The notes under the pieces: generated by a model
Seen by the model: the letters and a program-made list of their open reading frames with translations, nothing else
Told to the model about the DNA's origin: nothing
Database searches by the model: none
DNA from: an uncultured virus (IMG/VR IMGVR_UViG_3300000929_000007)
Lineage: Duplodnaviria; Heunggongvirae; Uroviricota; Caudoviricetes
Direction: 5' to 3' (one strand)
Virus record (IMG/VR): IMGVR_UViG_3300000929_000007
Length of the DNA stretch: 64,000 nt
Shown here: in pieces, positions 26,826 through 37,433 of the stretch
Position numbering within the stretch: the first letter of the stretch is position 1
How the letters are laid out: the number at the start of each line of letters is the position of its first letter
Program-made: the position numbers and the translations under genes

Positions 26826-28172
26826 ATGCCAGCTATAGTAAGACAGACGATGAGTAGAGACTTGGCGAACGACCTTTTGACTGATATCAAAGGTAGTGAG
26901 TCGACCTACTACATTGGTATCGGAAAAAGCGATACCTTCAACGAACTAGACACGGTAATTGCTCCGGTAGATAGTCCCGCAGAAGAGCGAGAGTTTCGCA
27001 ACAATCTTCAATCAATTAAGAAGGTTGAGGATGCTACTTTTGTCGCTAAAAGGGTCAACTGGTCTTACGGTTCAGTGTACTCTGCTTGGGACGACACAAT
27101 TGCGTCTGACATTGTTGAACCTTGGACACCTTGGTATGTCATGAATGACGCCAAAGAAGTATACGTTTGTGTGGTACAAGGTAGACTAGAAGATGGCTCA
27201 TCACGACAGTCGACAGTAGAACCCAACTATGGTTTACTGAATGTCGCGGACTATACTCAACCTTTCACTACACCTGACGGTTATACTTGGAAATTCCTGT
27301 ACTCCATTACCCCAGAGCGTATTTACCAGTTCTTATCATCGAATCACCTTCCGGTACAAGAAGCAGAAAGCAGTCTTGCTGGTGGAGACTCAATAGAGGA
27401 CTTACAGTTTAATGTTAAGGCAGCTGCCATAGGCGGTCAGATTATTGGTATTAAGGTATCGGCAGGAGGTTCTGGTTTTACCAGTGCCCCCGACGTAATC
27501 ATCTATGGTGACGGTACTGGTGCTACCGCAACTGCTTCAATCTCACCTGAAGGTGTTATAACTAAGATTGCTATGACAAATTTCGGTGAGGGTTATAATC
27601 ACGCATCTGTAAAAATTGTCGGTGATGGTATAAACGTGGTCACCCGAACAGTAATTACTACAAGGAATGGTCTAGGATTTAATCCAGTAGACGATTTAAA
27701 AACAAGTTCAGTAATGACCAATATTAAACCTGATGGTTCGGTCAGCGGAACGTTTGTAGTAGGAAACTCTTTCCGTCAGATTGGTCTTATCAAAGACCCT
27801 ATCGACATTAACAACAATTTATTCGCTGGCACTTCAGCAAGAACAATGTCTACTTTACATTTAGTATCGTCATCACCTTTTGAAGCTGGAAAGATAATTA
27901 CCGGTGCGACATCTGGTGCTAAGGCATGGGTTGATGAATCTATAGATAACATTGTATACTATCATCATAACGAATCTACTGGATTTGTACCCTTTGAAGA
28001 TAACGAATCTGTCACTCAAGCTGGTGTAGTCTTAACTGGTCAAATTGATTATGTTCAACAAGGAAGTCAAATTGATAGGTTTTCTGGTGTAGTTAAATAC
28101 ATAGAGAATCGCGCACGTATTCGTCGCGATGAAGAACAGCAAGAAGACATTAAAATAGTAATTACCGTTTAG
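26826..28172 (+). CDS. gp8: baseplate wedge subunit gp8
   Basis: MPAIV, YYIGIG, R.NW..G.VY, YVMN...VYVC, DGY.WKFLY, FRQIGLIKDP, YIENR..I.R...QQEDIKIVI. Confidence 0.9.
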   Translation: MPAIVRQTMSRDLANDLLTDIKGSESTYYIGIGKSDTFNELDTVIAPVDSPAEEREFRNNLQSIKKVEDATFVAKRVNWSYGSVYSAWDDTIASDIVEPWTPWYVMNDAKEVYVCVVQGRLEDGSSRQSTVEPNYGLLNVADYTQPFTTPDGYTWKFLYSITPERIYQFLSSNHLPVQEAESSLAGGDSIEDLQFNVKAAAIGGQIIGIKVSAGGSGFTSAPDVIIYGDGTGATATASISPEGVITKIAMTNFGEGYNHASVKIVGDGINVVTRTVITTRNGLGFNPVDDLKTSSVMTNIKPDGSVSGTFVVGNSFRQIGLIKDPIDINNNLFAGTSARTMSTLHLVSSSPFEAGKIITGATSGAKAWVDESIDNIVYYHHNESTGFVPFEDNESVTQAGVVLTGQIDYVQQGSQIDRFSGVVKYIENRARIRRDEEQQEDIKIVITV

Positions 28173-28180
28173 GATTCATC

Positions 28181-31100
28181 ATGGCAGATTTTACAAACCA
28201 AACATTTAAAGAGACTTACCGAGACTTCTATAAAAAAGAAGATGGATACTACCGTGTCCTTTTCAACTCGGGACGTGCTCTTCAAGCACGTGAGTTAACC
28301 GAATCGCAACGAATGATTCATGAAGAAATTGCTAGATTTGGTAGAAACATCTTCAAAGAAGGTGCGATGGTAAATCCAGGCGGCGCGACTGTTGATAACT
28401 CATTAGAGTATATCCGGTTAAGTCCCTCCAGCATCTACACTGATATCGTCGGCAGGGAAGTCACCAACGGTTCTGTAGTATTCACAGTTTTAGAAATCGT
28501 GGACAGTGAGAATAATGATCCAATAACACTGTATGTTAAATACACGGACACTTTGAACGCACAGGTTCTTGACGATTCTGTTGCTCCACGTGTTCTCGCA
28601 TCACAGAGTTTGCGTTTTTCTGATGGTACTACTACTGGAATCAACATGGTTGTTGCTAGCAATACAGCAGAACACCCATGCGCGGGTAAGGCCACTAAGG
28701 CACATCTTGCGGAAGGAGACTTCTTTGTTCAGGGACACTTCGTCTATGTAGAAGGCGGTAGTGCTTTCATTGACAAGTATAGTGGAACCCCAACCGCAGA
28801 CCTAGGATTTCTAGTCCAGCAGTCTATCGTTTCTTCAGCTGAAGATGATAGTCTTTTTGACAACCAAGGACAGTTACCCGATGTCAGTGCTCCTGGCGCA
28901 GATCGTTACAAGATTAAACTTATTCCTACTACACGAGATAAAGTACTAGAAGAAGAAAACTTCGTATTTATCGCACGTGTGGTTAACGGTGTTATTACAC
29001 GAGAAGTTAATTCCTTTGATGCGTACAACCGCATCAACTCTTTACTGGCACAACGCACAAAAGAAGAGTCGGGCGATTACGTAGTAGCAGACTTTACCGC
29101 AATCTTTGAAAACAAAGACGCCAATACTTTTAATGTAGATGTGTCAGAAGGTATTGCTTACGTGGACGGTTATCGTTTGGACGTAGGCGCATCTACTCTT
29201 CAGGTACCTAAAACAACTGGAGACTCTGCTCTACGCGTAAAACTTAATGAGAACGTTCCTGCTATTTTTGGTAACTGGATATACGTAGACCTAGATGACG
29301 TTGGTTCTCAGGGTTTAGGTGATATCAGCACATTCGGTCGATTAGAACTCAGAGACGAAGGTAATATTCTTCTTGGTTATGCTAACCTACGAGGATTACA
29401 ATTAGACCAAGTTGGATATCGCGCATATATATTCAACATCAGAATGAATAAAAATCCTTCGACGCAGATTCAATATAACTTCTCTAATGTAACTCATTTA
29501 GTAGAAGCATCTAGTGGTAATGAAATACCATTGACCAGTAATTCAAATCTTAGTGGTGTCTATGGTACTGCGGATAATAATCTATTATTCCCTCTACCTA
29601 GTGTTGCTGCTAAACCTGATACTATTTCAAATATCGTTTACACTGCTCAGAAATTTTATAGACTAACTTCAAATGGCAGTGGTACTATTTCCATGCCAGC
29701 GAACAGTGTCGAGTTCAGTCAGTGGTTGATTGCGGAGACTAATGGCCCTGTTCGTACTGATGTTGTTATTGAAAGTAATAATATTACTGGATTGACACCA
29801 AGTACTTCGTATGATATAATTAGTTATGAAGAGATAACCGCAGCGCCTAGAACTAAATCATTACAGTCTCTAACAGTCGTAGCGACTCGACCAGACGCGT
29901 CTTGGGCAATACGACCTATAGACCTAGGTGTAATTGACGGGGTATCTTTAGAATCTGTTAAGGTAAGATCATCTAATAGTACCGCTTGGGAAGATGCTGA
30001 TGATATCACATATCAAGTTGACTTCGATGGTGGACAACGTGATAACTACTATGACATGACACGATTGTATGTTAAGCCTGGCTACTCAACCCCGACTGGT
30101 GTTAATGTAGAGATTCAAGTAATCTTCTCACACTTCCAACACTCTAGCTCATCGGGTGGTTTCTTTTGTGCTAAATCTTACACTGGTATGGATATTCAAG
30201 ATATTCCATCACATACGCTAACCAATGGTTCTGTAGTAAAACTAGGTGATAGTTTAGACTTTAGACCATCGGTCGCTACTTCCAGCACATTTACAGTAAC
30301 ACCTTTACCACAGAATGCGTCTTCTATAACAGTGCCTTCAGTTTCATATTACAGTCCACGTATCGATATGTTGGTCGTAAATGCGACTGATAGTCGAGGA
30401 GATATTGGATTCGGGGAACTTCAGGTTATTAGTGGTCAGGCGTCAGAACAACCAAAAGAACCTATCGTTCCAGTAGGTGCGCTACCATTATTTAAGGTTG
30501 AATTGGGGGCATATAGTCACCAAACTAGTGATGTAATCACAACAAAGATTTCTAACAAGCGTTATACGATGAAAGACATCGGTAAACTTGAAGAAGGTAT
30601 AGAGAACCTTTATGAAATCACCTCTCTGAGTTTCCTAGAGAGCAACACAAACTCTCTGGATGTACTTGATGCGCAGGGTCTTAATAGAACCAAAGCAGGG
30701 TTTATTGCGGACAACTTTAATACATTCGATTACTCTGATATAGAACATCCAGACTACCGAGCATCGGTAGATCCTGAAGGATTGATGGGGGCATCATTCC
30801 GTGAACAAGCAGTACGTTTAAAGTACGACGCAACCGACTTGACTAACACTATCACTAGAAAAGGTGACATTGTAACACTACCGTTTACTGACGTTGCTAT
30901 GATTAGTCAAGAGTTGGCTACTGGTATAATGAATATTAACCCGTTTGCGGTAATCACTCAAAACGGTCACTTGGTTCTATCACCATCAACGGATGAGTGG
31001 GTCGAGACTAAGTTCTTACCAGACATTATGCAGCGAGTAGTTCGTCGGATTAACACGTATCTCCCTTCGTTCTTCACTCGTCGTCGGTTCAGAGTACAGT

Positions 31101-33094
31101 CTTCGACAACATCTAGAACTATTACTGAGTATATTGGTCGACGCGTAATGAACATCGAAATTATTCCGTTCATGCGTTCACGTAAGATTAACTTCCGAGT
31201 TCAAGGTTTACGTCCTAACACTCAAATGTATCCAGTATTTGGAAACAAAGTTGTTAACGATTGGGTTCGTCAAGAACCAACATTCACTAACTTCTCGGAC
31301 GATCCTACAGAATATGGTAGTGAGTACATTAGTGCGACCGAATACCCTACTGCTCTAGGTGGTAAGTCTATTCTTACTACAAACTCAGAAGGTGAGTTAG
31401 CGGGCAGTTTCTTCTTACCTAATACTCCGACAATTAATTTCCGTACAGGAAGACAAGAATTTAAATTGTTAGATGTCAACAACTCAGATGAGTCAGTAGC
31501 AACTGCGGTAAGTCGCGCAGGGTACACGGCAGTCGGTACTTTAGAAACAGTACAGAGAACTGTACGTAGTACTCGACTTATAGAGACTACTTATTGGAGA
31601 GATCCTCTCGCACAGACATTTATTGTAGACCAAGTAGAGAATCCAAACGGACTCTTTATTACTAAGGTAGACATATTTGTAGAGAGTAAGGACTCTGTTA
31701 TTCCAATGCAAGTACAAATTCGTCCAGTAGAGAACGGCGTTCCTACTTCACGTATTGTCCCAGGCTCTGTTAAGTTTATCAATCCTTCGAATATTAATGT
31801 TGTTCCTTTTGATAACACAACTGAGATGTCAGATGTTGTAGCAGGGAAAACTACTATTGAGTTCGATGAACCAATTTACTTGACTTCTGGCGAAGAGTAT
31901 GCTTTAGTACTTCTTGCGGAGTCAGTAGAATACAATGTATACACTGCGCAAACATACGAATATGTCGTCGGGCAAAGTCGTTCAGCACGAGTATCACGTC
32001 AGCCTACATTAGGTTCGTTGTTCTTGTCGCAGAACGGTTCTACTTGGACTCCCGATCAGACTAAAGATTTGATGTTTAACTTATACCGTGCGGACTTTGA
32101 AAGTGCCGGTGTACTGGAACTGAAGAATAGTGAACTACCTAAAGTTACATTGGACATTAATCCATTCGAAACTACCCTAGGGTCTTCAATTGTATTCGTA
32201 CATCACGAAGGACACGGATTCTCTAATAATGACGGTGTGCTGATTTCAGGTGTAGCGAGTGCGGTAGGTGGTGTTATTGCTGATTCAATTAATGGATACC
32301 ACAATGTAATCAATCCTACTTGGGCAGGTTACACTATCAACACGGGTGTCGCTGCGACTGCGTCTGCGGTAGGCGGTGGTTCTAATGTTGTTGCGTCCCA
32401 ACAGGTAATGTTCGACCAGTTTATACCACAGGTACAGACTCTCATCCCTAACATGACTTCAATTGATTCTACTATTGAAAAAACATTAGGAGATTCTTAT
32501 GGTACCACTCGTACAACTAGACCACAGAAACTAGACTATACTACTAAGTCTCATCAAGTGGTGTTGAACGAATTGAACGTGAACGATTATCCGGCGGTCA
32601 TAGCAACACAAGCGAATGCTGCGGATACGTTATCTCTCACGCTAAACCTAACTACTGGTGACTCTAAAGTGTCTCCAGTCGTAGACTTACAACGTGTATC
32701 ATTGATTACATTAGAGAATGTTATTGACGGATCGGACGCTGCTCAACACATCACCAAACCAGTTGCGGTTGATGAATCTTCGGTGGGGCTTAAAATCATA
32801 TTCGCTGCGCATCGTGATGTTGGTGTGGAGTTTGATGTATATGTCAGAACTTCATTAACCGAAGACGCGATGTACGAAGTTGATGGCGAAGGTGTTCCGG
32901 TTATTGGTTGGAATCAGGTGACTATAGATTCACCTCTACCTACTGATGATGACCCAGAAACATATCGTGATTATGAGTACACCGTAGAAGCTGATGCGTT
33001 TAACGTCTTCCAGATCAAGATTGTTATGTCAGCAACGAACTCATCTAAATCACCGACGATAACCGACCTTCGCGCTATTGCGTTGGTAATATAA
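28181..33094 (+). CDS. large virion structural protein (DUF4815/VrlC-like)
   Basis: YYRVLFNSGRALQARELT, APGADRYKI, LA.RT.EESGDY, KRYTMKDIG.LE, DPLAQTF, GSLFLSQNGSTW. Confidence 0.8.
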   Translation: MADFTNQTFKETYRDFYKKEDGYYRVLFNSGRALQARELTESQRMIHEEIARFGRNIFKEGAMVNPGGATVDNSLEYIRLSPSSIYTDIVGREVTNGSVVFTVLEIVDSENNDPITLYVKYTDTLNAQVLDDSVAPRVLASQSLRFSDGTTTGINMVVASNTAEHPCAGKATKAHLAEGDFFVQGHFVYVEGGSAFIDKYSGTPTADLGFLVQQSIVSSAEDDSLFDNQGQLPDVSAPGADRYKIKLIPTTRDKVLEEENFVFIARVVNGVITREVNSFDAYNRINSLLAQRTKEESGDYVVADFTAIFENKDANTFNVDVSEGIAYVDGYRLDVGASTLQVPKTTGDSALRVKLNENVPAIFGNWIYVDLDDVGSQGLGDISTFGRLELRDEGNILLGYANLRGLQLDQVGYRAYIFNIRMNKNPSTQIQYNFSNVTHLVEASSGNEIPLTSNSNLSGVYGTADNNLLFPLPSVAAKPDTISNIVYTAQKFYRLTSNGSGTISMPANSVEFSQWLIAETNGPVRTDVVIESNNITGLTPSTSYDIISYEEITAAPRTKSLQSLTVVATRPDASWAIRPIDLGVIDGVSLESVKVRSSNSTAWEDADDITYQVDFDGGQRDNYYDMTRLYVKPGYSTPTGVNVEIQVIFSHFQHSSSSGGFFCAKSYTGMDIQDIPSHTLTNGSVVKLGDSLDFRPSVATSSTFTVTPLPQNASSITVPSVSYYSPRIDMLVVNATDSRGDIGFGELQVISGQASEQPKEPIVPVGALPLFKVELGAYSHQTSDVITTKISNKRYTMKDIGKLEEGIENLYEITSLSFLESNTNSLDVLDAQGLNRTKAGFIADNFNTFDYSDIEHPDYRASVDPEGLMGASFREQAVRLKYDATDLTNTITRKGDIVTLPFTDVAMISQELATGIMNINPFAVITQNGHLVLSPSTDEWVETKFLPDIMQRVVRRINTYLPSFFTRRRFRVQSSTTSRTITEYIGRRVMNIEIIPFMRSRKINFRVQGLRPNTQMYPVFGNKVVNDWVRQEPTFTNFSDDPTEYGSEYISATEYPTALGGKSILTTNSEGELAGSFFLPNTPTINFRTGRQEFKLLDVNNSDESVATAVSRAGYTAVGTLETVQRTVRSTRLIETTYWRDPLAQTFIVDQVENPNGLFITKVDIFVESKDSVIPMQVQIRPVENGVPTSRIVPGSVKFINPSNINVVPFDNTTEMSDVVAGKTTIEFDEPIYLTSGEEYALVLLAESVEYNVYTAQTYEYVVGQSRSARVSRQPTLGSLFLSQNGSTWTPDQTKDLMFNLYRADFESAGVLELKNSELPKVTLDINPFETTLGSSIVFVHHEGHGFSNNDGVLISGVASAVGGVIADSINGYHNVINPTWAGYTINTGVAATASAVGGGSNVVASQQVMFDQFIPQVQTLIPNMTSIDSTIEKTLGDSYGTTRTTRPQKLDYTTKSHQVVLNELNVNDYPAVIATQANAADTLSLTLNLTTGDSKVSPVVDLQRVSLITLENVIDGSDAAQHITKPVAVDESSVGLKIIFAAHRDVGVEFDVYVRTSLTEDAMYEVDGEGVPVIGWNQVTIDSPLPTDDDPETYRDYEYTVEADAFNVFQIKIVMSATNSSKSPTITDLRAIALVI

Positions 33095-33333
33095 TGTCGC
33101 AACGTTTGCGGGTTGAAGGGTATAATAACTTAGTAAAGGATGGTCGATCAGGGGCCATCCTAAATACAAACAGAACCGAAATAACCAGAGCAAGGGCACA
33201 GCAAAAAGTAATAAAAGAAAAGGATGACACTATCAACACGCTCTCAAAAGAAGTTGTGGGTTTAAAGCAAGATGTGTCAGAAATAAAAGAATTACTTTTT
33301 CGACTAATAGAGGGTAAGGCAACCAATGAGTAA
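33094..33333 (+). CDS. small coiled-coil protein
   Basis: VEGYNNLVKD..SGAILN then heptads; TAATG coupling. Confidence 0.7.
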   Translation: MSQRLRVEGYNNLVKDGRSGAILNTNRTEITRARAQQKVIKEKDDTINTLSKEVVGLKQDVSEIKELLFRLIEGKATNE

Positions 33334-34753
33334 TATACAGTTAATTAATCTAGCAGATAATATTAACGCTGCGATTTTAAAAATTAATGACAACTTTCAG
33401 TTAGTAGATAGTAGCTCTATTGATGTTAATGAGCTCACTACTATTGTTAATGGTATCCTTGACTCAGATTACTTTCTATCGGTCATTAACCAAGAATATC
33501 TAGACCAGTTCGACCTTAGCGTTGATGTAAGTTATCTGGATTCTGATATCGCAGCGAACGCAAGTGGACTACTTCAGTTGACATCACGAGTTGATGTTAA
33601 TAGTGATGGGATAACTAGTTTATCGCAAGCTATCACGGAGACTAACGCATCCATCGAAAACTTGGTTCTGGATGGTGTGGACTCTGACCTACTTGCGGAC
33701 GCAATTGCGAATGCCACCAATACTCTCATATCAAGAGTCAATGCGAACAGTGATGAGATACATATTCTTGCTGGTGCTATCGACTCAGTGGAATCCAGTT
33801 TACTTTTAGCTAACAGTGACCTTGGCGACTTAATTCAGTTAAACACTTCAGGTATAAGTCAGTTAACAACACGTACCGACGTGAACAGTGATGGTATTGT
33901 TACCACTATATCGAGATTGGATTCAATTGGTCTAACTTTGGATCAGTTTATTGCCGGTGGTATTGAGTTTACCCCAGAACAAATTGAAGCAGCATTGGCA
34001 GCAGGTCTTGAGGATTTATATGCTCGACTTGATGCGGACAGTGACAAGTTAGTTGTTGAAGCGGGTAAGGTCGTTGAGTTACAAACCGACTTAATTATAT
34101 TAGATTCTGATCTTGGTGCTAGAATAGATGCGGAGACTGACGCACGAGAACTTCTCGCGACTTCTGTATCATATAATGGTGGTCAGGTTACATCGCTTTC
34201 AGCAAAAACTCTACAACTAGACAATGCTGTTTTCATTAGAGATTTACAAGGTAATATCACAACAACTGCGGTTGCTCAAGCAACTAGTGATCTTGTTACT
34301 CAGATTGAGACAGTAGACGACCGTGTGACTTCGGTTCGATCAGAACTGATAACAGACTTAAATGCCGCGATTGATTCTGATATTGCCGCAGTAAGACAAG
34401 AGTTCTCTGCGTTTGTTGATAGTGCTGGTACTACTACCGCATTGTGGACACTAGACCTTCTTGCGGGAACAGAAGCTAATCCACGAGTTGCGGGTATTAA
34501 GTTTGGAAATGATGGCGCAACTGCTGACTTCACACTTACTGCTGACACTTTCAGATTTGTTAACGCAAATAACAATGAAGTTCAACCATTCACGATTGAT
34601 GGTAATGAAGTATTATTATCGAATGCCAAAGTTACAGGATCACTAGATATAGGTACTAGCCAAACTGGTGAAAGAATGGAACTCACTAATAACGTTATCA
34701 GCATCTATGATGGTAATAACACAAGGAGAGTTATAATGGGATTCTTAGGCTAG
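33326..34753 (+). CDS. coiled-coil fibre with gpJ/DUF1983-like C-terminus
   Basis: Heptad-rich shaft; VAGIKFG...ADF.LTADTFRF..PFTI.G.EV.L.NA.V.G, ends ISIYDGNNTRRVIMG. Confidence 0.65.
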   Translation: MSNIQLINLADNINAAILKINDNFQLVDSSSIDVNELTTIVNGILDSDYFLSVINQEYLDQFDLSVDVSYLDSDIAANASGLLQLTSRVDVNSDGITSLSQAITETNASIENLVLDGVDSDLLADAIANATNTLISRVNANSDEIHILAGAIDSVESSLLLANSDLGDLIQLNTSGISQLTTRTDVNSDGIVTTISRLDSIGLTLDQFIAGGIEFTPEQIEAALAAGLEDLYARLDADSDKLVVEAGKVVELQTDLIILDSDLGARIDAETDARELLATSVSYNGGQVTSLSAKTLQLDNAVFIRDLQGNITTTAVAQATSDLVTQIETVDDRVTSVRSELITDLNAAIDSDIAAVRQEFSAFVDSAGTTTALWTLDLLAGTEANPRVAGIKFGNDGATADFTLTADTFRFVNANNNEVQPFTIDGNEVLLSNAKVTGSLDIGTSQTGERMELTNNVISIYDGNNTRRVIMGFLG

Positions 34754-34790
34754 TATATTATCCCTCTGGACAACAAGTAGATTATACACG

Positions 34791-35699
34791 ATGTTTTATG
34801 TTTTGTCAAGTCATAATTTGTATTCTTTAGCTAGACAATTTGATACGTTACCTAAAGACAATACTACAGTAATAATTAATACGTTAGACAGTACGTTTTC
34901 AGAACAAGCAAAGTCGTACTGCGAAGATAACAATATCCGTCACATGATAACAGAGAGTGATGGTACTGCCGCAACTGGAAAGAATAGTTTTTTAGATATA
35001 TTCGAAAAAGACGGAGTTCCTTATGCGGTATTAGTTGATGGTGATGACTACTTGACACGAAGGGGTGTAAGGTGTTATACTGAGTTGTTGAATAGAGATG
35101 ACGCACCTGACGTATTAGCGTTAAGTAATGCTCTCTCTATAGGATTCGGAGATAAAAATTCCATAGCTAGGGCGTTAGATGACAGTAGATTGAGTCTCAA
35201 CCCCAAAGAACTCACGTCTAAATATGGACAGTTCGCCGAAGTATCTGACTGGAGTGAACTAGGTAAGGGAGAGATGGTAGTAGACTTGATGTTAAGAAAT
35301 GGGATGCATACTCCAGATTTGGAGATTCGAGCGTTTCAATCATATATCAAGGACTTAGAATACGGAATGGGTATGGATGCTATTGCTACACGAATAACAT
35401 TTATGTCTAGAAAGGTTATTCCATATAGGTTTAAGAATTTAGTGGTTGGTGAGGATACTCTCCAATACTTAGAATTAAAAGATGCTCACGAAAAGGGTGA
35501 GTTGACTATGGTGGTTCATGACGAGACAAAACCGACATACATGTATGATTCAAGATTGTCTGGAATTGCCACAGTAGAAAGCGCAAAGAATAATGGTCTA
35601 GGTTTTTTAAACTGGATGAAAGAACTTGCGAAAGAAATAACAAAATTAAAAAACGAAAACAGGTTACACTCTAGTAGGGTACCTGTTATGGAGTTGTAG
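34791..35699 (+). CDS. glycosyltransferase-like protein, paralogue of 25898..26779
   Basis: TESDGTAATGKNSFLDIF...LVDGDDYL and VGED, matching TESNGKPGKGKNACLDVF...IDGDDFL and NGED. Confidence 0.65.
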   Translation: MFYVLSSHNLYSLARQFDTLPKDNTTVIINTLDSTFSEQAKSYCEDNNIRHMITESDGTAATGKNSFLDIFEKDGVPYAVLVDGDDYLTRRGVRCYTELLNRDDAPDVLALSNALSIGFGDKNSIARALDDSRLSLNPKELTSKYGQFAEVSDWSELGKGEMVVDLMLRNGMHTPDLEIRAFQSYIKDLEYGMGMDAIATRITFMSRKVIPYRFKNLVVGEDTLQYLELKDAHEKGELTMVVHDETKPTYMYDSRLSGIATVESAKNNGLGFLNWMKELAKEITKLKNENRLHSSRVPVMEL

Positions 35700-35701
35700 G
35701 G

Positions 35702-35986
35702 ATGAGTTACGGTTTAAAATGTTATACCGCAGGCGGTTATCTATCATTTGATGCTGACCAGATGGACACGTTCGTCCGTGTTATTACTTCAGGTAGTGTG
35801 TATTTAAATAATGGAGAATCTATAACTATAGACGCTCCAGGCTTACGTTATGCGTATACATTATGCGGAACTGCTCCATATGCAGAGTTCTCTCACTCTG
35901 TTGAAAAAAATATATCTGCCGGAACTTTTACTATTACTAATCTATCCGCAGCATCTACAATCGGTTATCTTGCTTACAAGATATAG
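35702..35986 (+). CDS. small tail-tip-associated protein (YGL N-terminal motif)
   Basis: MSYGLKCYTAGGYLSFD. Confidence 0.55.
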   Translation: MSYGLKCYTAGGYLSFDADQMDTFVRVITSGSVYLNNGESITIDAPGLRYAYTLCGTAPYAEFSHSVEKNISAGTFTITNLSAASTIGYLAYKI

Positions 35987-35997
35987 GGTATAATATA

Positions 35998-36735
35998 ATG
36001 GCATATGGTTTACAAATAAAGAATCCCGATGAAGATATCCTATTTGATAGTAATGAAGTTGGTCGTGGAACTGTTACTGTAAGTAAAGGGTATATAGCAT
36101 TTAACACCGGTCTTACCGTTAAGGCGGGACAGTTAGTACTATTTAACATCGGAACACTACCTTTGGGTAGCAAAATCGAGATAAGCGCCACTAAAACTTG
36201 GTTATATGGTGATGTTTTTTCAATCTCCTTCTTCCCTGTAAATAGCGGTGGGTCGCCCGGCGTTACGGGAGTGAACTACGCTGTACTAGAAGATATGGCG
36301 ACACTACCTAAATCGGGTAACTTCGGTTTAGTCTGTAAAACTGGCGCATATGTAACTTCTTTCGATAGTCGTATGTTTCAAACTACCGATGAAGGTGAAG
36401 TTTACATTGATAAATACCAATCTTACATGTATCCGCTTGGTCATGGTATTTATATAACTGCTCCTTATAGTGCAGAAGAATGGATTAGCGCAGCGCAACT
36501 AGAGTTTACTAGTGTAACAGGCTATACAAGAACCTTCTCTATATTGTTCAGCAACTCAGGCTCGCCCGGCACTCAAATCTTCTACGGGGGTAGCAGCTTC
36601 GTCGGTCACATATATGAGCATTCATCGGGTAGTGGATCCTATAATGTATCATACATCGGTGGTTACAGTGGAAGAACTTATACGCAATCCCTCGCCCCCT
36701 ATGTTGTGGGTAAAACCCACCTTGGCGTAGAATAA
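35998..36735 (+). CDS. tail-tip-associated protein (two YGL/FGL modules)
   Basis: MAYGLQIKNPDEDILFDS and internal NFGLVCKTGAYVTSFDSR. Confidence 0.55.
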   Translation: MAYGLQIKNPDEDILFDSNEVGRGTVTVSKGYIAFNTGLTVKAGQLVLFNIGTLPLGSKIEISATKTWLYGDVFSISFFPVNSGGSPGVTGVNYAVLEDMATLPKSGNFGLVCKTGAYVTSFDSRMFQTTDEGEVYIDKYQSYMYPLGHGIYITAPYSAEEWISAAQLEFTSVTGYTRTFSILFSNSGSPGTQIFYGGSSFVGHIYEHSSGSGSYNVSYIGGYSGRTYTQSLAPYVVGKTHLGVE

Positions 36736-36762
36736 CATAATTTAAATTGGAGAAAATATAAC

Positions 36763-37260
36763 ATGAGCGACAACGAAAGAGGGGTTAGCCCTATAGTAGC
36801 ACTTCACGATGAAAATGGAGTGATTAAAAGAACGGATTTAGATAATGGCATTTATCCCGAAGATGGTGTTACTGACCGTAATGGTCATATAATTCACCGT
36901 ATCTATGAATGTGCCGGTAGTGTAGCATTAGAAGAATTTGTAAACACTCATGTATGGGATGACGAATTGGACGAATGGTTGACTGTTGACCGTCGACCTA
37001 ATTATCATTCATTCTGGGATAGAAGTGTAACACCCGCGAAGTGGACATGGGACAAAGAAGTTATCAAGGGCGAGATTCGCGCTCAAAGAGATATTAAACT
37101 TCTCCATACTGATTGGGCTATGCTACCTGATGCTCCACTTTCAGCTGAAAAACGACAACAATACATTGATTACCGTCAAGCGTTAAGAGATATCACTGAT
37201 ACAGTAGACCTAACCGTAGTAGACTCCGTAGATAAAGTTGTTTGGCCTCAAGAAGTTTAA
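36763..37260 (+). CDS. tail fibre assembly chaperone
   Basis: IRAQRDIKLLHTDWAMLPDAPL....Y..YRQALRDI...V.WP. Confidence 0.8.
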   Translation: MSDNERGVSPIVALHDENGVIKRTDLDNGIYPEDGVTDRNGHIIHRIYECAGSVALEEFVNTHVWDDELDEWLTVDRRPNYHSFWDRSVTPAKWTWDKEVIKGEIRAQRDIKLLHTDWAMLPDAPLSAEKRQQYIDYRQALRDITDTVDLTVVDSVDKVVWPQEV

Positions 37261-37279
37261 CTTATTATACGAATCTAGA

Positions 37280-37360
37280 TAAACCCACTTATCAACCCGT
37301 ACAAAAGAATTCTTATAAATACGAGAAAGTCTTAAAATTATGGGATGATAAGTGGGTTTA
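37280..37360. repeat. perfect 15-bp inverted repeat enclosing a late promoter
   Basis: TAAACCCACTTATCA (37280-94) / TGATAAGTGGGTTTA (37346-60). Confidence 0.9.
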
Positions 37361-37383
37361 CACATTTCATAATCTTATAAATA
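37314..37383 (+). promoter_or_regulatory. tandem T4-type late promoters
   Basis: TATAAATA at 37314-21 and 37376-83. Confidence 0.7.
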
Positions 37384-37433
37384 ACAGTGTTATTAGCAAT
37401 TAATTTCAACTTAACAAAAAGAGAGCGATAATT

